The notes: generated from the sequence alone by a model not told the origin. Shown: positions 36,388 to 49,668, counted from the first letter of the stretch. The stretch is 64,000 nt of DNA from Chrysemys picta bellii (GCF_011386835.1 NC_088794.1:86738001-86802000); one strand, 5' to 3'. Made by a program: numbers and translations.

Positions 36388-38375
36388 CTGTAGTGTCTTT
36401 CATTTCCATCTCTGGCCACAGCCTCACTCAGATGAGCAGCTCTTACTCACACACACGGACCCCCTCACCCCCGGATTCGAATGGGACTATACACATGAGT
36501 AAAGAGTACTTGCCCCAGCAGAGGTTTGCAGGAGCAGGTGCTTTTTGTACCGTACAGTAGTTTGATGCTACTACTGAAATGCAGACATATCTGGTAAAGA
36601 GGTTATCACCACCTGGCCAGCACATAATACCCTCCGCAATACAGGCAGGAAAGGAAATGATGTCCAAGGATACTGCAGCAAACCTCTACTATTGCATGAA
36701 AAGCCATGGGATCATTAATGCACACACAGACAGGCCAGAAAGGAGCTCAGTTTTTAAGATGTTCTCAAAAAAACTCCAGCTCTGCCTGACATTCAATTTA
36801 TCTGTTTCAGAATAAAGGATTAAAAACTGAATAAACCCCTTCTGGTTCCACAAAGTCTCAGTATTCCAATCCTGAATTCAGTCCCTTAAAACACTCTCAG
36901 GCTATCACACCTGTTAACCAACTAGCCATCAAGTCAAGGCTATGCTAGACCATGAACTTGCTTCTAATGCCTTGGTATTGAAAGACACTGGCGGGACAAA
37001 TTTTGAAATCCGCCTTCAGAACCAGATTCTCCATTGCCCTCCATCTTATATCGTCCTCTACACCAATGGCAGTGGGCATAAAAGGCTACCAAATTGGAAA
37101 GATGATAATGATCCACATCTACTTTTCACTGATGTACATGATGACACCTGGGGCAGGGAAACAGAAAATCTAGCCCTCAGTGGTTATTCAGTCCCAACTC
37201 GGCAAAGCTCTTTTTGACTTCACCGAGAGTTATGCCTGAATAAGCACAAAACAAAAACTAAGGAAGGATTTCAGAATTTAATTCGGAGTGCTGAAAACTG
37301 AGCCAGAGAAAGAGCTGGTTTCAGCAGGTGCATCTCAAAGCCTGCAAAGCCTTATCCAGAGATCAGTTTTCAAGCATTTTAGAGCTATGCGCTGCAGCTG
37401 ACTCTCACATACAAAATGCCCCGTCATCTTTTCCATGTGCACAACTTACTAATACCAATCAAAGGTAAATGGCAGGAAGCGTTAATGTGTAGGGATGTAA
37501 TAAATATGGTTAGGTAACCTAGTGAGCATTATGGGGGGCTGTAAGGGCTTATATATAAAAAGCACTTAAAAAGACCACATAAATACCTAAAATAACCCCA
37601 TTCCCCCTTCATTCTGCAACAGCAGCCATGTGCTATAGACATGCTATCCCCCATGTACTGTAAGAATGAATATAGGGTTGGACAGGATGTCTGTGGGTCA
37701 GAATGTGCTATCCTGCCACCTGCCCCCTTATTGGCTAGTAGCAGCATTGCAGTATTCCACATAGGTGTGGCAGCAGTCATGGGTGGGATGACATGAACCA
37801 AACATTTATTTCTAAATTACTGGTGGGTAAGAAAGCAAAAGGTCCCAATGCTGCAGAAGTCAAGATGGGTCCAAGCTGCAGAATTCGGATCCAGATCTTC
37901 AAACTTTGGGTAGCTGGGGCCAGGGGTTTAGTTTGAGCCCACCTCTGGGGAGATGTTTGTTCAGAATCAGTCTGATAATATCCTGGTCACTGGTGCCATT
38001 GATTATCAGACACAAAGTATCACCACTGTTGCCCTTATACCTTGGCTAAAATATTGGGGCTAGGAGTGGTGGCAACAACATATTTTTTTCTCTTTTAAAT
38101 AGGAAGAAGAAGAAAAGTGTTAGATTGGGTGGAGTCTGGGGCTGGTGGTGGTAGGTTAGTAGTAGGAACCTCCTATATGGGAGGATGAAGAAACTGACCT
38201 CCACCACAAGTAGGTTTCCCATTTTCACTAAAACATGTTACATTTATGTTATTTATAGATTTAGATTTATGACAAAATATACTTAAAAGGTGCCTGTCCT
38301 AGTTACTCTAGGCACTTTTGGCAGATATTTAGGAGAACAATCCAACTAAGATCCACAGCTACCCCACATCACAAC

Positions 38376-38501
38376 TAGGGTGACCAGACAGCAAGTGTGA
38401 AAAATCAGGACAGGGGGTGGGGTGGGGGGTAATAGGAGCCTATATAAGAAAAAGACCCCAAAATCAGGGTCCCTATAAAATCGGGACATCTGGTCACCCT
38501 A
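38376..38501. mobile_element. hAT MITE with TAGGGTGACCA termini (Blackjack-like), 126 bp
   Basis: TIR TAGGGTGACCAGA / TCTGGTCACCCTA. TSD atcacaac/aacacaac with 1 mismatch. Confidence 0.88.
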
Positions 38502-40314
38502 AACACAACTCAAACCCCAACCAAAAGCTTCATCCAAGTGAACCAAACATCAGCCCTCCTCCGGCACTCTGGGCTGGTGACAGGGCTCTCAGCCTCTTTA
38601 GTGGCTCTGGAATCGCTCTTCAGAGACAGCACGCCTGCTTGCTTACTGATTTTGAAGCAGCTCTGACGTGCTTTGGAGAGGATTTCAAAGCTCTTCTTGA
38701 TGAGAATGGCTCATGGGAGGATGGGGGAACTATGGAGCAAAAATGGAAGGGGGGGAATATGTGTGGGTTATGAAAGGGACATAGATAACAGCTTGGGGAA
38801 GGTTGCTATGTCATTTTGGATTTGAAAGGAATGAGTCTGTTTTTTCCTAGCGATTCAGGAAAAGGAGGATGGAAAAAATTGTTTAGGTTTATAAAATGTT
38901 AATTGGATTGGTGGTATTTATACTGTACTGTTTAGCTAATGGCCACACAAAATACTGCAGAGTTTGAGGTTTTCATTCTTTGTAGGAAATCAATATTCTG
39001 GTTAATGGAGAGATTGGGGCACTTGCTATCTGGGATGTGCCAAGTATCTATAAATAAGGCAATAGAAACCAAAAATGATCAGTAGAACTGAGTACAAGAG
39101 GGAAAATCCATTCCTTGCCTTGTCCTGAAAACCGCCGCCCCCCACTATTTCAGTCTCTGTTCCTTCCACATCTCAGATGATACACATCAGTCCTGAACTG
39201 CAAAGTACCACCCATTTTTCAGTCCTCGGAACATGACCACAGCTCTTTCAATGCAGCTCTGTCCTACAGCATATTCTACTAGCCAGTCCTTGTTTACGAA
39301 GGGAAATTGAGAAGACCTACGATTTTCTTTTCAGTTGACATTCATTTACCCTCACAGTTTCTTTTCTCTCTGACCATTTGGGAAAAAATGGCTGAAGTAA
39401 AAGATTGTGTTTATCTCCTATATTACTAATCCCCCAAATGCTTGAGTTGGTTCACACCGGATTTACATCTGTGTAACTCCATTTATTTCACTGGACTTTG
39501 TCCTGATCTACACCAATGTAAGTAGAAAATCAGGCTGTTATATTTAAACATATCTCTTTAAAAAAAAAAACAGTTTCAGGAGTTAAAAATAAACTAGTCT
39601 CACCCTCATCCTTCCATCTTCCATCTCCCAGCCCTGGTGATTTGTATTATAACTTCAGGCCCAAATAATCAAAAATGGCCACTGATTTTGGGTGCCTCAA
39701 TTTTTGGATCCCCAGGTGGGGACATTTTAAACCTGATTTTCTAAAGTTCTGAAGTCAGTGGCAGTTGGACATGCTCAGCACATCTGAAGAATTAAGCTTA
39801 AAATGCCTCAAATGGAGGCGCCTCAAATGAGTGGTCCCTTTTGATAACTGGGGCCCTAGTGTCTGGTACCAAGTTCCAGCTGAGAGGCGGTGAATATCCT
39901 CAACTACCAATGAAAGCAGCTGAGACCTTCTGCAGCTGCTTTTGTGTGGCTATGGGGGACAAACGTAGCCAAGGGCAGGACTGCCCCTGAAGAAGCCATG
40001 CTTGCAGTGGAAAGGAGAAGCCAGAACAGCCACATACAGGAAATCCTTTGTGCAGGATGACTAAATCCTCTGTTGACCTGAAAGTGCCTTTCCTTGTAGA
40101 AACCTTTAATCTGTTCCATTTCCCAATCTCTGGCTCCATGTCCCAGTCCCCCACCCCAGATCCTCCTCAGGCTCTTTTTCCCAATGCCCCACTCCTTTTC
40201 CTACTGGCTCCTCGTCCCCTCGCCACCCCCGAGGCCCAGCATCTCGCTCCTCTGCATGCCATCCAGCCTCCTTCCTCTTCCTGGCTGTCTGGGCCCGAGC
40301 TGGGGTAGCACTGA

Positions 40315-41582
40315 ATCATAGAATCATAGACTATCAGGGTTGGAAGGGACCTCAGGAGGTCATCTAGTCCAACCCCCTGCTCAAAGCAGGACCAATTCCT
40401 AACTAAATCATCTCAGCCAGGGCTTTGTCAAGCCTGACCTTAAAAACCTCTGAGGAAGAAGATTCCACCACCTCCCTAGGTAACCCATTCCAGTGCTTCT
40501 CCACCCTCCTAGAGAAAAAGATTTTCCTAATATCCAACCTAAACCTCCCCCACTGCAACTTGACACCATTAGTCCTTGTTCTGTCATCTGGTACCACTGA
40601 GAACAGTCTAGATCCATCCTCTTTGGAACCCCCTTTCAGGTAGTTGAAAGCAGCTATCAAATCCCCCCCTCATTCTTCTCTTCTGCAGACTAAACAATCC
40701 CAGTTCCCTCAGCCTCACCTCATAAGTCATGTGCTCCAGCCCCCTAATCATTTTTGTTGCCCTCTGCTGGACTCTTTCCAATTTTTCCACATCCTTCTTG
40801 TAGTGTGGGGTCCAAAACTGGACACAGTACTCCAGATGAGGCCTCACCGATGTAGAATAGAGGGGAATGATCATGTCCCTCGATCTACTGGCAATGCCCC
40901 TACATTATACAGCCCAAAATGCCGTTAGCCTTCTTGGCAACAAGGGCACATTGTCGACTCATATCCAGCTTCTTGTCCACTGTAACCCCTAGGTCCTTTT
41001 CTGCAGAACTGCTGCCTAGCCATTTGGTCCCTAGTTTGTAACAGTGAATGGGATTCTTCCGTCCTAAGTGCCAGACTCTGCACTTGTCCTTGTTGAATCT
41101 CATCAGGTTTCTTTTGGCCCAATCCTCTAATTTGTCTAAGTCCCTCTGTATCCTATCCCTACCCTCCAGCGTATCTACCACTCCTCCCAGTTTAGTGTTA
41201 TCTGCAAACTTGCTGAGAGTGCAGTCCACGCCATCCTCCAGATCATTAATGAAGATATTGAACAAAACTGGCCCCAGGACCCTTGGGGCACTCCGCTTGA
41301 TACCAGCTGCCAACTAGACATGGAGCCATTGATCACTACCCGTTGAGCCTGACGATCTAGCCAGCTTTCTATCCACCTTATAGTCCATTCATCCAGCCCA
41401 TACTTCTTTAACATGCCAGCAAGAATACTGTGGGAGACCGTATCAAAAGCTTTGCTAAAGTCAAGGAATAACACATCCACTGCTTTCCCCTCATCCACAG
41501 ACCCAGTTATCTCCTCATAGAAGGCAATTAGGTTAATCAGGCATGTCTTGCCCTTGGTGAATCCATGCTGACTGTTCCTGAT
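40315..41582 (-). mobile_element. Relatively young 5'-truncated CR1 LINE (RT domain to 3' tail), frameshifted
   Basis: [18 protein letters not shown]...[58 protein letters not shown]. (CATAGAAT)2 tail. CACTGA at both junctions (40309-40314, 41583-41588). Confidence 0.97.
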
Positions 41583-42309
41583 CACTGAGAGCATAAGTGA
41601 GACAGTCTCCCTACTATCAGTTCCTGTGGCCTGTGCCAAAGTGGCCCAGAGCAGCCAGGAAGTACCAGTATAAAAAAAAATCCTGCTCAGCCCCTGCAAC
41701 CCAGGGATGGAGCATGCTCAGTGCAGAAGGAAACATTGGAGAAAGTTAGCTGCCACACCAGCAAGTTTCTACTGAGCATATATGAATTGAGATTTTTTTG
41801 GAAGCTCATAACTTGGCTAAATTTGGGCAGATTTTCACAGAAAAAGCAAAAGGCACAAATAGGACTACATTAATGCAAACTAGGTATCTTTTAGTTCACA
41901 CTAGTAATATCTACATGGGGCAGATAAAGCACAACATTTTAGTGCACGCTGCAACTCAAACCCCCATGGTCTGCATTATGGGGCTGTGTAGACAAACCCT
42001 TAGCTCTCTTTGGAAGAGAATTCTGGAGTTCACAATAAATGCGGAGTCAGTGCACTACAATGAATTGCGTTGTGTGTACGCCAATATTCTTAAAGCAGAT
42101 TAATTCAATAGTCTGTGTATTAAATTCCACTGTAGATAAGACTGAAGCCATCTTTGTCTGTGCATAGCTTTCCTTCCAAGTTTTGTCATGGACTAGTTAG
42201 GCGAGGAGGAGAGAAGCACACAGAATATGTATTTAAGTTGCAATCCACTCAGTATTTAAGGGCTGGACACTTTTCTCCCTCCCACCCCCCCGACACACAA
42301 AAAAAATCA

Positions 42310-42520
42310 GGAGTACTGGATTCTATGTCCAGCACTGCTCCTGACTGACTGTGTGACCTTGGGCAAGGCACTTCACTTCTCTGTGTGTCTCACTCTTCCC
42401 ATCTGATAAATGGGGGGCCATGATATCTGCCTAATTCACAGGGGATTTACTAGGCTTAATTAACTAATATTTGCAAAGCACTTTGAGCTCTTTGACAGAA
42501 GAAGCTATAGAAGGGCAAGA
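42310..42520 (+). mobile_element. MIR/CORE-SINE-like element (old)
   Basis: gactgtgtgaccttgggcaaggcacttcacttctctgtg...cccatctgataaatggg...aagcactttgag. Similar old copies at about 4020-4200, 26320-26450, 50340-50540, 59390-59540 and 60690-60800. Confidence 0.65.
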
Positions 42521-44322
42521 AATATCATTTGAAGTCCAAGTTCTGGTGGCCAGACTTTCCCCACTGTGCTATTCATCTCCAGGAGAAAAAAGGCCCCGTG
42601 ACATGGTGCACGGGCACTGCCTGCTTCCCAGTATACAAGAGGTTATCTCCAGCTTCCTCTGCCCCATTCCTTGTACAGGTATCAGGAGACGGGCTATAAG
42701 AAGAGATGCTGGGGAGGCAGAAGAGGGAAAATATCTGTGAGAGAATACAGTTAGTTCTCTGTTTCTGTTTCTGTTATATTTGTTTTTACATAAAGTAGGT
42801 TGTTCTTAATGCATGATGATAAAGATTTTCTCCCTCTCACAAGAAATCCTTGGTGATTATTGTGCTGTCACCCCACCAGTTTACAGCCTCCTCATCTAAG
42901 AGGACTTTAATACAGAGCTATAAAAAGCCCCCAGACATAAATAAGGACTGCTGCTGTCCCTTTAATCAAAAAAAAACTAAAGGAAGAAGCTCTTAGAGGG
43001 CAATCTGCTTAGAAGAGTAAAGGCTAAATGTGGAATAATCCTTGAGGCCTCTTATTTAGCCTGTTGTGCTTTGGCCAAAGAGTAAACACAACTCTCCCTC
43101 TAATCAGTAGTCCTTGTTCAAAGCTGTAATATGTGAGTTGGTCGGTCACCCTGTGGGCACAACATGCATTTTCTTGTCTAGCAGCAGCAGCTGTTCTGGT
43201 TTGCTTTAGCAAAGGGGCGGGATATACAAAGGTTCTTTTTTAAGAAAGTAGATCACTAATGAGAAACGCAAAACTTATTTTTGGTGGGAGATGCAAGATG
43301 CAACTTAATAGTGATGCACTAAACAGTGGACAACCCATACTTCCAGTCCTCTGCATGTTGGGGTGGAAAGCAGGGAACTGCCCCATCTGGAAAAATCATC
43401 TGTTTCTGCAGGTCCCACTTTGAGAGGCGCCCCTATTACTTATTATTTGTACTACCATAGGGCCGAAGAGCCCTAGTCATGGACAAAGACCCCATTGTGC
43501 TAGGTACAGTACAAACTCAGAACCAAAAGGATGGTCTCCCAGGGACAACTGCAGTCAGGGGAAGCCCTGGTGACATGGCTCTGCTCGACCTCGCTCCCTG
43601 GCTGGAGTGTGGCAAACCCCCGACCCCGCTCCCTGGCAGGAGCTGAGGAGGCGGGATCCAGGGTCTTGTAGCTGGTGTGCCCGTATAGAGCCTCCTGCAC
43701 ATTACTGGCCTCCTGTGGAGATGTGCAGGACTGGGAATACATCTGCATCTCATTCGGGGAGGATGGCTGTCAGGAGAATACGGCTCTTCCCTCGTGGAAC
43801 AAAGTGGATTCCTTTGTGGAATTTTTCATTCTCGTAGGTAACTTCTGGTGGGTTTTATCCCAGGAAAGCTTGATCTGGCCTGTAATGATTTCCCAGTCCA
43901 GGAGAATGTATTTTCTCCTCCATAAGAATATGCTAGGTATTGGTCAAATAGACATCTCCAAAGAACGAGACTATGTCTAGACAGCAAGAACAAACTGGAG
44001 AATGATCCACCCTCTGAATTTTGTAACTGAACTGGTTTTGGTCTGCCTACACCAGGTCTGTTTCTGCATTGACATGAATACATTGAATAGCACTGGCTCG
44101 TGCAAGGTCCATGGGATTACTCTCATGAACAAGTGGTACTCAGCAGGAGTCAGAGCTGCAAAACTGGGTACTTAGATAATAAGCTCTGTGGTAGGGTCCA
44201 TGCGTCTTCTGAGCATGTGCTGAAATGCTCTCCTCCCACACTGTATAACTCTAAAATAATAATGAATAATTAGAAGATAATCTTGAGAGAGATAATGAAT
44301 AGGGAGTCTGAGATTTACCCTT

Positions 44323-44525
44323 AAAAAAGCAACAGAGGGTCCTGTGGCATCTTTAAGACTAACAGAAGTATTGGGAGCATAAGCTTTCATGGGTAAGAAC
44401 CTCACTTCTTCAGATGCAAGTGAATTTGACTTATGCTCCCAATACTTCTGTTAGTCTTAAAGGTGCCACAGGACCCTCTGTTCCTTTTTACAGATTCAGA
44501 CTAACACGGCTACCCCTCTGATACT
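44323..44525. mobile_element. Penelope-like inverted insertion, family A1
   Basis: Antisense pLTR arm (44323 to about 44420), then sense arm and tail. 14-bp TSD tgagatttaccctt at 44309-44322 and 44526-44539. Confidence 0.9.
44377..44417 (-). ncRNA. Minimal type I hammerhead ribozyme motif (family A1)
   Basis: Minus strand GCAU CUGAAGA A GUG A GGU UCUU ACC CAU GAAA GCU U | AUGC. The first pair of helix II is a G-U wobble. Confidence 0.75.
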
Positions 44526-45239
44526 TGAGATTTACCCTTGTTTTTTAATTGGCTGAATAATCTGAAACTTTTTGCTACTGCGTAAAATTGTTTGCTGAAG
44601 ATACATGTGGCAGGCTGCCTTGGGTTACCGAGAGAAACTGATGTGCTGATTCCTTTTCAAGAATTTGCTGAATGGGTACTGTCCTTTACATAGCAGGAGC
44701 CCAGCAAAGTCCTCCAAAAGATGAGGGATTTACACTGACAAAAGCTGTTAAGTATTCCACCCTCCACCATTCAAATCAGGCTGATTCCCCATTGGTTTGC
44801 CCTTGGGCATGCTACTTACTATTAAATTCTTGATGGTAATTGATCTGCTTGATATTAGAACACTTTGCTCCTACAAAATCTCATTTGTTGTTGCTGTTAT
44901 ACTTTGTTTCTTTGTGACAATCTTCCTCTGGAGCCTTAGTTTAGTAGAAGCTCCTTGAATTAGTGCAGTGAGACTCAATGTTCATGCAAGTAACTCTCGG
45001 CTTTATTATCACCATTTTATTATTTGTATTCCAATAATAGCATCAGGAGGCTCCAGCCAAGATCAGGGCCCCCTTGTGCCGACCACTGTATATATACATA
45101 GTGAGAGAGAGTACCTGCCTTGAAGAGTTCAGTCTCTAATAGGACAAGACAGGAAAAAAGGTGGGAAGGGAAACATAGGCACAGAGAGATTAAGCTACTT
45201 GGTCAAGGTCATACAGAAGAGGCACAGCTGATATTAGAA

Positions 45240-45561
45240 CAGGAATAGGCAAACTTTTTGGCCTGTTGGCCCCATCGAGGTATGGAAATTGTATGGTGGG
45301 CCATGAATGCTCACGAAATTAGGGGTAGGGTTGCAGGAGGGGTGAGGGCTCCAGACACGCCTCCGCGTACTACATAGGAGCTGGAGGGGGGCCATGCTGG
45401 CTGCTTCCTGGGAGCTGCTCGGTGCAGGGCAAGCCCCCGACCTCGTTCCCAGGATGAAGTGTGGCAAACCCCCAACCCCGCTCCCCGGCAGGAGCTGAGG
45501 ACCAGATTAAATGGTCTGACGGGCCGGATGTGGCCCACGGGGCGTAGTTTGCTCACTCCTG
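45240..45561. mobile_element. hAT MITE, 322 bp (deletion derivative of the 23656/58011 family), inserted in an old SINE
   Basis: TIR CAGGAATAGGCAAACT / AGTTTGCTCACTCCTG. Perfect TSD tattagaa. Confidence 0.9.
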
Positions 45562-46021
45562 TATTAGAACCTAGGTCTCCTGACTCCAACTGGGCCCCTA
45601 TTCAAATGTGTGAAACCCCTGGAAAAGGTTAGTGAGTCACTTCTAGGCTTGGTTGAAAGGGCATTTGAAAGCTTTGTTGACCATTGCAAATATGCGGATG
45701 TTTAACACTTCTTACTCCCTTTTTTTGTTTAATAAATATCTTTTGGAGAGGTAAGATCAACTATGCAGTAGCGTGTATGAAAGAAGGAAGACGCGCAGTT
45801 ACATGCCAGTGTTTGAAAGCTGTAAATAGGCATATCTGGAAGTAAATAGGGGCATGCCTTTTGATCCACTTGCTTGGATCTCCTTAACAAAATGGTTCAT
45901 TCTTCTTTAATACAGAAAGAAAAGTGCAAAGAGCCACCCAGCTGTCAAAACAGCTAAGCTCACTCTAGTAACATTGCTTCAATAACACATCCTTACATTC
46001 TCCAAATAACATCCACATAGA

Positions 46022-47096
46022 CTGGGGTGGCCAAACCATGGCCGAGCCGCATGTGGCTCTTTGACAGTTAAAGCGTGGCTCACGAAGCCCCCATGCCGCT
46101 CTCCTTTCTCCACTTATCAGACTGGGGGAAGGGGGGAGATTGGGGCTTCTGCCCTGTAGCGTGGTGATGGCTTCTGCCAGAGACCACTGGTGCCTGCTGA
46201 GAGTGGGGAGGCACAATTTAAAGGTTTGGACACCCCTCCCCCCAACAGCTTAAGCCACGCCTCTCCCCTCCCCCCCTTTAGCAGCCGCTCCCAGGTGTTA
46301 GCTCCCAGTGAAAAGGCAGCAGCAAACAGCTGGGAGCTGCAGGGAGAAGCCACTGCTTTAGCTCCATGGAGAGAGGGAGCAGCAAAAGCAGTGGCTCTCC
46401 CTGCAGCTCCCAGCTTGCTGGCTCCAGCAGCTGCCCTGCAGGGAGGGGCCCCGGCAGCTGCACCATGTGACCTAGTGGTGCCAGCAAACCCTGGCAAAAC
46501 TCTGCGGGACATGGCCACTGCCTCTTCTGCACAGTGGGAAGGCGGGGATCGGAGCTTCAGCCCTGTGGAAAGTGCCTGCCACAGCTTGGAGCTTCACATC
46601 TATGGGAGATGCCTGCCGGGGCTTGGGACTTCAGCAGGAATGAGGCTGAAGCCCTGAGCCCCAACAGGCGCCTCCCACAGGGCTGAAGCTCCAATACCCC
46701 CCTTCCCACTGGGCAGAAGCCCTGAGCCGTTGCAAGAGCCTCCTGCAGGGCTGAAGCCTCAAGACCCCTGGCAGGCAGGTGCTTGCCATGGGGCTGAAGC
46801 CTCAAGATCCCCCTCCCCGCAGGGCTGAAGCCATGAACCTGGCAGGTGCCTCCCCTGGGGCTGAAGCCCGGGAGCCCCCCAGTTCCCTCAGGGCAGAAGC
46901 CTCTAGCCCCACCACCCTATTGTGGAACTGAAGCCCTGAGCCTCCGACCAGCAGGTGCACCTCCTGTGGGGCTGAAGTCCTGAGCCCTCCCACTCCCAGC
47001 AGGGCTGAAGCCTTGAGCCCCAGCATGCGCATCCTGGCTCTTGAACCTCTGAAGATTATATGTGGCTCAGAGGGTCAGTAAATTTGGCCACTCCTG
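46022..47096. mobile_element. hAT-type non-autonomous element with an internal GGGCTGAAGCC repeat array
   Basis: TIR CTGGGGTGGCCAAAC / ATTTGGCCACTCCTG. The TSD is degenerate. About 11 GGGCTGAAGCC-like units at 30-45 bp spacing between about 46640 and 47020. Confidence 0.75.
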
Positions 47097-47822
47097 AGGT
47101 AGACGAACACATGATCTGGTACACAAGGAGACACTGCTGGCCAAAACCAGGCTAGATTTGGCAAATGTAGAATGAATATAAAATAAAAATGGCAAACCTT
47201 TCACCTTTTGACAGCCAGGCACCTCTAGCCTATCGGAATATAGCAGCTCTCATTAACTCATGGGCATATCAGAATTTATTATTCCTTTTGGCTACTGGAT
47301 TAAATTATTGTGCATGGCATATTATATGTGGAGTTGGCACTGCCTATTACAGTTGCCCAACACTTCCCATTATAAGACCCTGTTTTCAGTTGCTTATAAT
47401 TTTGCTGAAATTTGGGCTAAAATATTCCATACCAGCTAAATTATAAGCTGATCTAGTGAGTGTGATCATGTCTCCCTTTAGTACTGGTCCTAGCAACTAC
47501 ACAGCCTTCCTATTGCTACCTCTCTTTGAATAGTGGGGATGCTGAAAGCCAGCTCCCTTACTCCTGTCTGCCCCCCCACTCCCTGGAGCTGGCAGCCACG
47601 ACCTGGGGGTGGGGACCCATGGCACCGGGGGCCAGGAGTGGAACCCCAGCTAAAAGCTGAGGGTTCTGCAGCACGCCCTGCACCCTAGTTCCCGTGCCTA
47701 TGCTCGTAAAGTAAAGGAGTTCTCTTTTAGCTTGAGCATTAGGGATCTGTGCTTTTGTTGTTGAAGGCCTGAGGTCCCATGCCTACTGATGACCATGGTG
47801 TCTGTATGTGTATGTGAACTTA

Positions 47823-48033
47823 AAAAGAACAGGAGTACTTGTGGCACCTTAGAGACTAACAAATTTATTAGAGCATAAGCTTTCGTGGACTACAGCCCAC
47901 TTCTTCGGATGCATACCATGTGGGCTGTATGTCCACGAAAGCTTATGCTCTAATAAATTTGTTAGTCTCTAAGGTGCCACAAGTACTCCTGTTCTTTTTG
48001 CGGATACAGACTAACACGGCTGCTACTCTGAAA
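47823..48033. mobile_element. Penelope-like inverted insertion, family A2
   Basis: About 78-bp near-perfect inverted arms (about 47822-47900 and 47920-47999), tail gcggatacagactaacacggctgctactctgaa, and 12-bp TSD tatgtgaactta at 47811-47822 and 48034-48045. Confidence 0.92.
47873..47912 (-). ncRNA. Minimal type I hammerhead motif, U4C core variant (family A2)
   Basis: Minus strand GCAU CCGAAGA A GUGG GCUGUAGU CCAC GAAA GCU U | AUGC. Confidence 0.6.
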
Positions 48034-48900
48034 TATGTGAACTTAGTTTGTTTTGCACACCCATATTTTAAGGGCCAGAATAAGGGCCCTAACTGCTGGA
48101 GGCATATGATTGTCAGAATCTTAAGAAAAACTTGAAAATCTGACCCAAATGTAACCAACACAGTGATATCTGTCTGACGCTGCAGATGGCCTGGAATAAT
48201 AGCTCTGAGAGGGATGAACTGCCCTATGCATCTTAATGGGGTGTTAACGGCAAACTCCACTGCTCTGGGAGAGCCCTGCTAACACCACCTTACACTGGTG
48301 ACTATGTGACAGGAGAAGAATGCTGTAAATCCAGCCTATGCCCCATGCAGATACCCCCAGATACTGGAGTAAGTACTGGGGGATTCACTACTGCTGTGGC
48401 TGTCCTGCCTTTCTGGAGGAAGAGAGAGAACCCTGCTTCTCCTGAGGTGAGGGGGAAACCTGCATCTGGAGAAGATAAAGAGACCTGTGCTACTGCCACT
48501 GTGGGAGAAGTGGGGGGGGAGGGAGGAGGGGGAGGGCTTCTTACTGACATGCCTAGTGGGCAATGGGGCTGTGATATGGTGTCCCAGATTGCCTTAATCT
48601 GGCCCTGGGTATCTCTATACCCTGCCCACTCCAATATGCACACAGCTTTCCCTCCCTTGTCCAACCCTTTTCATTTCAAGTCTGTCTTAAAGTCCATTTT
48701 TGATTGCAGACTTTTTTACTACCCTAGGTGGCACTCTTTCTCCATTTCATCTCTGTATATTTGACATATTGCTTGCTCTTTTACCAATTCCTTAAATCTT
48801 CTGTGGTATTTCTCATTGAAAACAACTCCTTTATTTCTTAGTGTGAACTCCCTGTTTCATTAACTCTTTTTGATTGTATATTTGTTAGATTTCTCATGGC

Positions 48901-49605
48901 TAAGGGCTACATTTTATTCATGGGTATTTTTAGTAAGTCATGGACTTACTAAAAGGCAGTAAACAAAAGTTCACGGCCTGTGACCTATCCATGACTTGTA
49001 CTATACCCCTGACTAAATCTTGGGAGTGGGGCCGCGGATGCTGGGCGGAGACCTGGGGAGTGTGCCATGGGTGCTGGGGGAATGCGGGTGTTTGGGGGGG
49101 GGGCGGTCCAGGGGGCGCCGCAGGTGCTTGGGTGGGAGCAACCCGGAACCTCCGCTGGTGCTGGGAGGGGGGGAGTTGGAGCTCGCAGGCCCCCTACTTG
49201 GCTTCTTGGAAGCGGCGAAACGGTGACATGTCCTGCCCGAAGTTCATAGCTACGCACGCTGGCAGCTCCACAGCTCCCATTGGCTGGTATCCATGGCCAA
49301 TGGGAGCTGTGGGGGCATGCCGGCAGATGGAGGCAGTGCACAGAGCTAGGGAGGGAGGGACACGTTGCCGCTTTCGGGGCGCCCCCCAAGGTAAGTGCTG
49401 CCCAGAGCCCTCACGCCCTCTTGTGCCCCAACCCCAGCCCTAAGCCCCCTCCCACACCCAAACTCCTCCTGCTAGTTTTGGGTGGGGGCGGTGCCTGAGA
49501 CTGCCCCAGCAGTGGCCAGTGCAACTGGCCCAGGGGCTGCCTAAGCTGCTCAGGCAGCCGTGGAGCCTGCCGCACCGGCTGCTGCAGAAGTCACGGAGGT
49601 CAAAC
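48901..49605. mobile_element. GC-rich non-autonomous DNA-transposon-like element (probably hAT), apparently truncated
   Basis: taagggctacattttattcatgggtatttttagt...cacggcctgtgac start. The internal segment ggcagctccacagctcccattggc...ggccaatgggagctg is shared with the other hAT MITEs. No TSD was found. Confidence 0.55.
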
Positions 49606-49668
49606 TCTCAGCCTTACTCATGGCCTCTTGCTATGTCATATCTTTCACCATGTTTTTATGACTTGCTG

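Noticed and set aside
36440-37217. Protein-like frames and an acceptor-like site (minus strand, near 37147)
   Set aside because: All three frames after the acceptor hit stops within 30 codons and I recognise no family. At most it is an unidentifiable decayed relic.
40403-41699. Possibly active reverse transcriptase gene
   Set aside because: It is 5'-truncated, split over several frames by indels, and the catalytic motif reads FADN.
43510-43540. Minus-strand DHPFGSE resembling the ZFYVE26 N-terminus (NHPFGKE)
   Set aside because: There is no ATG, the similarity stops after 7 residues, and it lies in an L2-type 3' tail repeat (ttgtgctagg...acaaac...).
43660-43980. 101-aa ORF with a strong donor AG|GTAACT at 43837/43838
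   Set aside because: No recognisable protein similarity, a weak acceptor and no partner exon were found. BLASTx and RNA-seq would be needed to revive it.
46640-47020. CRISPR-like repeat-spacer appearance
   Set aside because: Repeats are only about 11 nt and degenerate, spacers are variable and related, there are no cas genes, and the context is a vertebrate hAT element.
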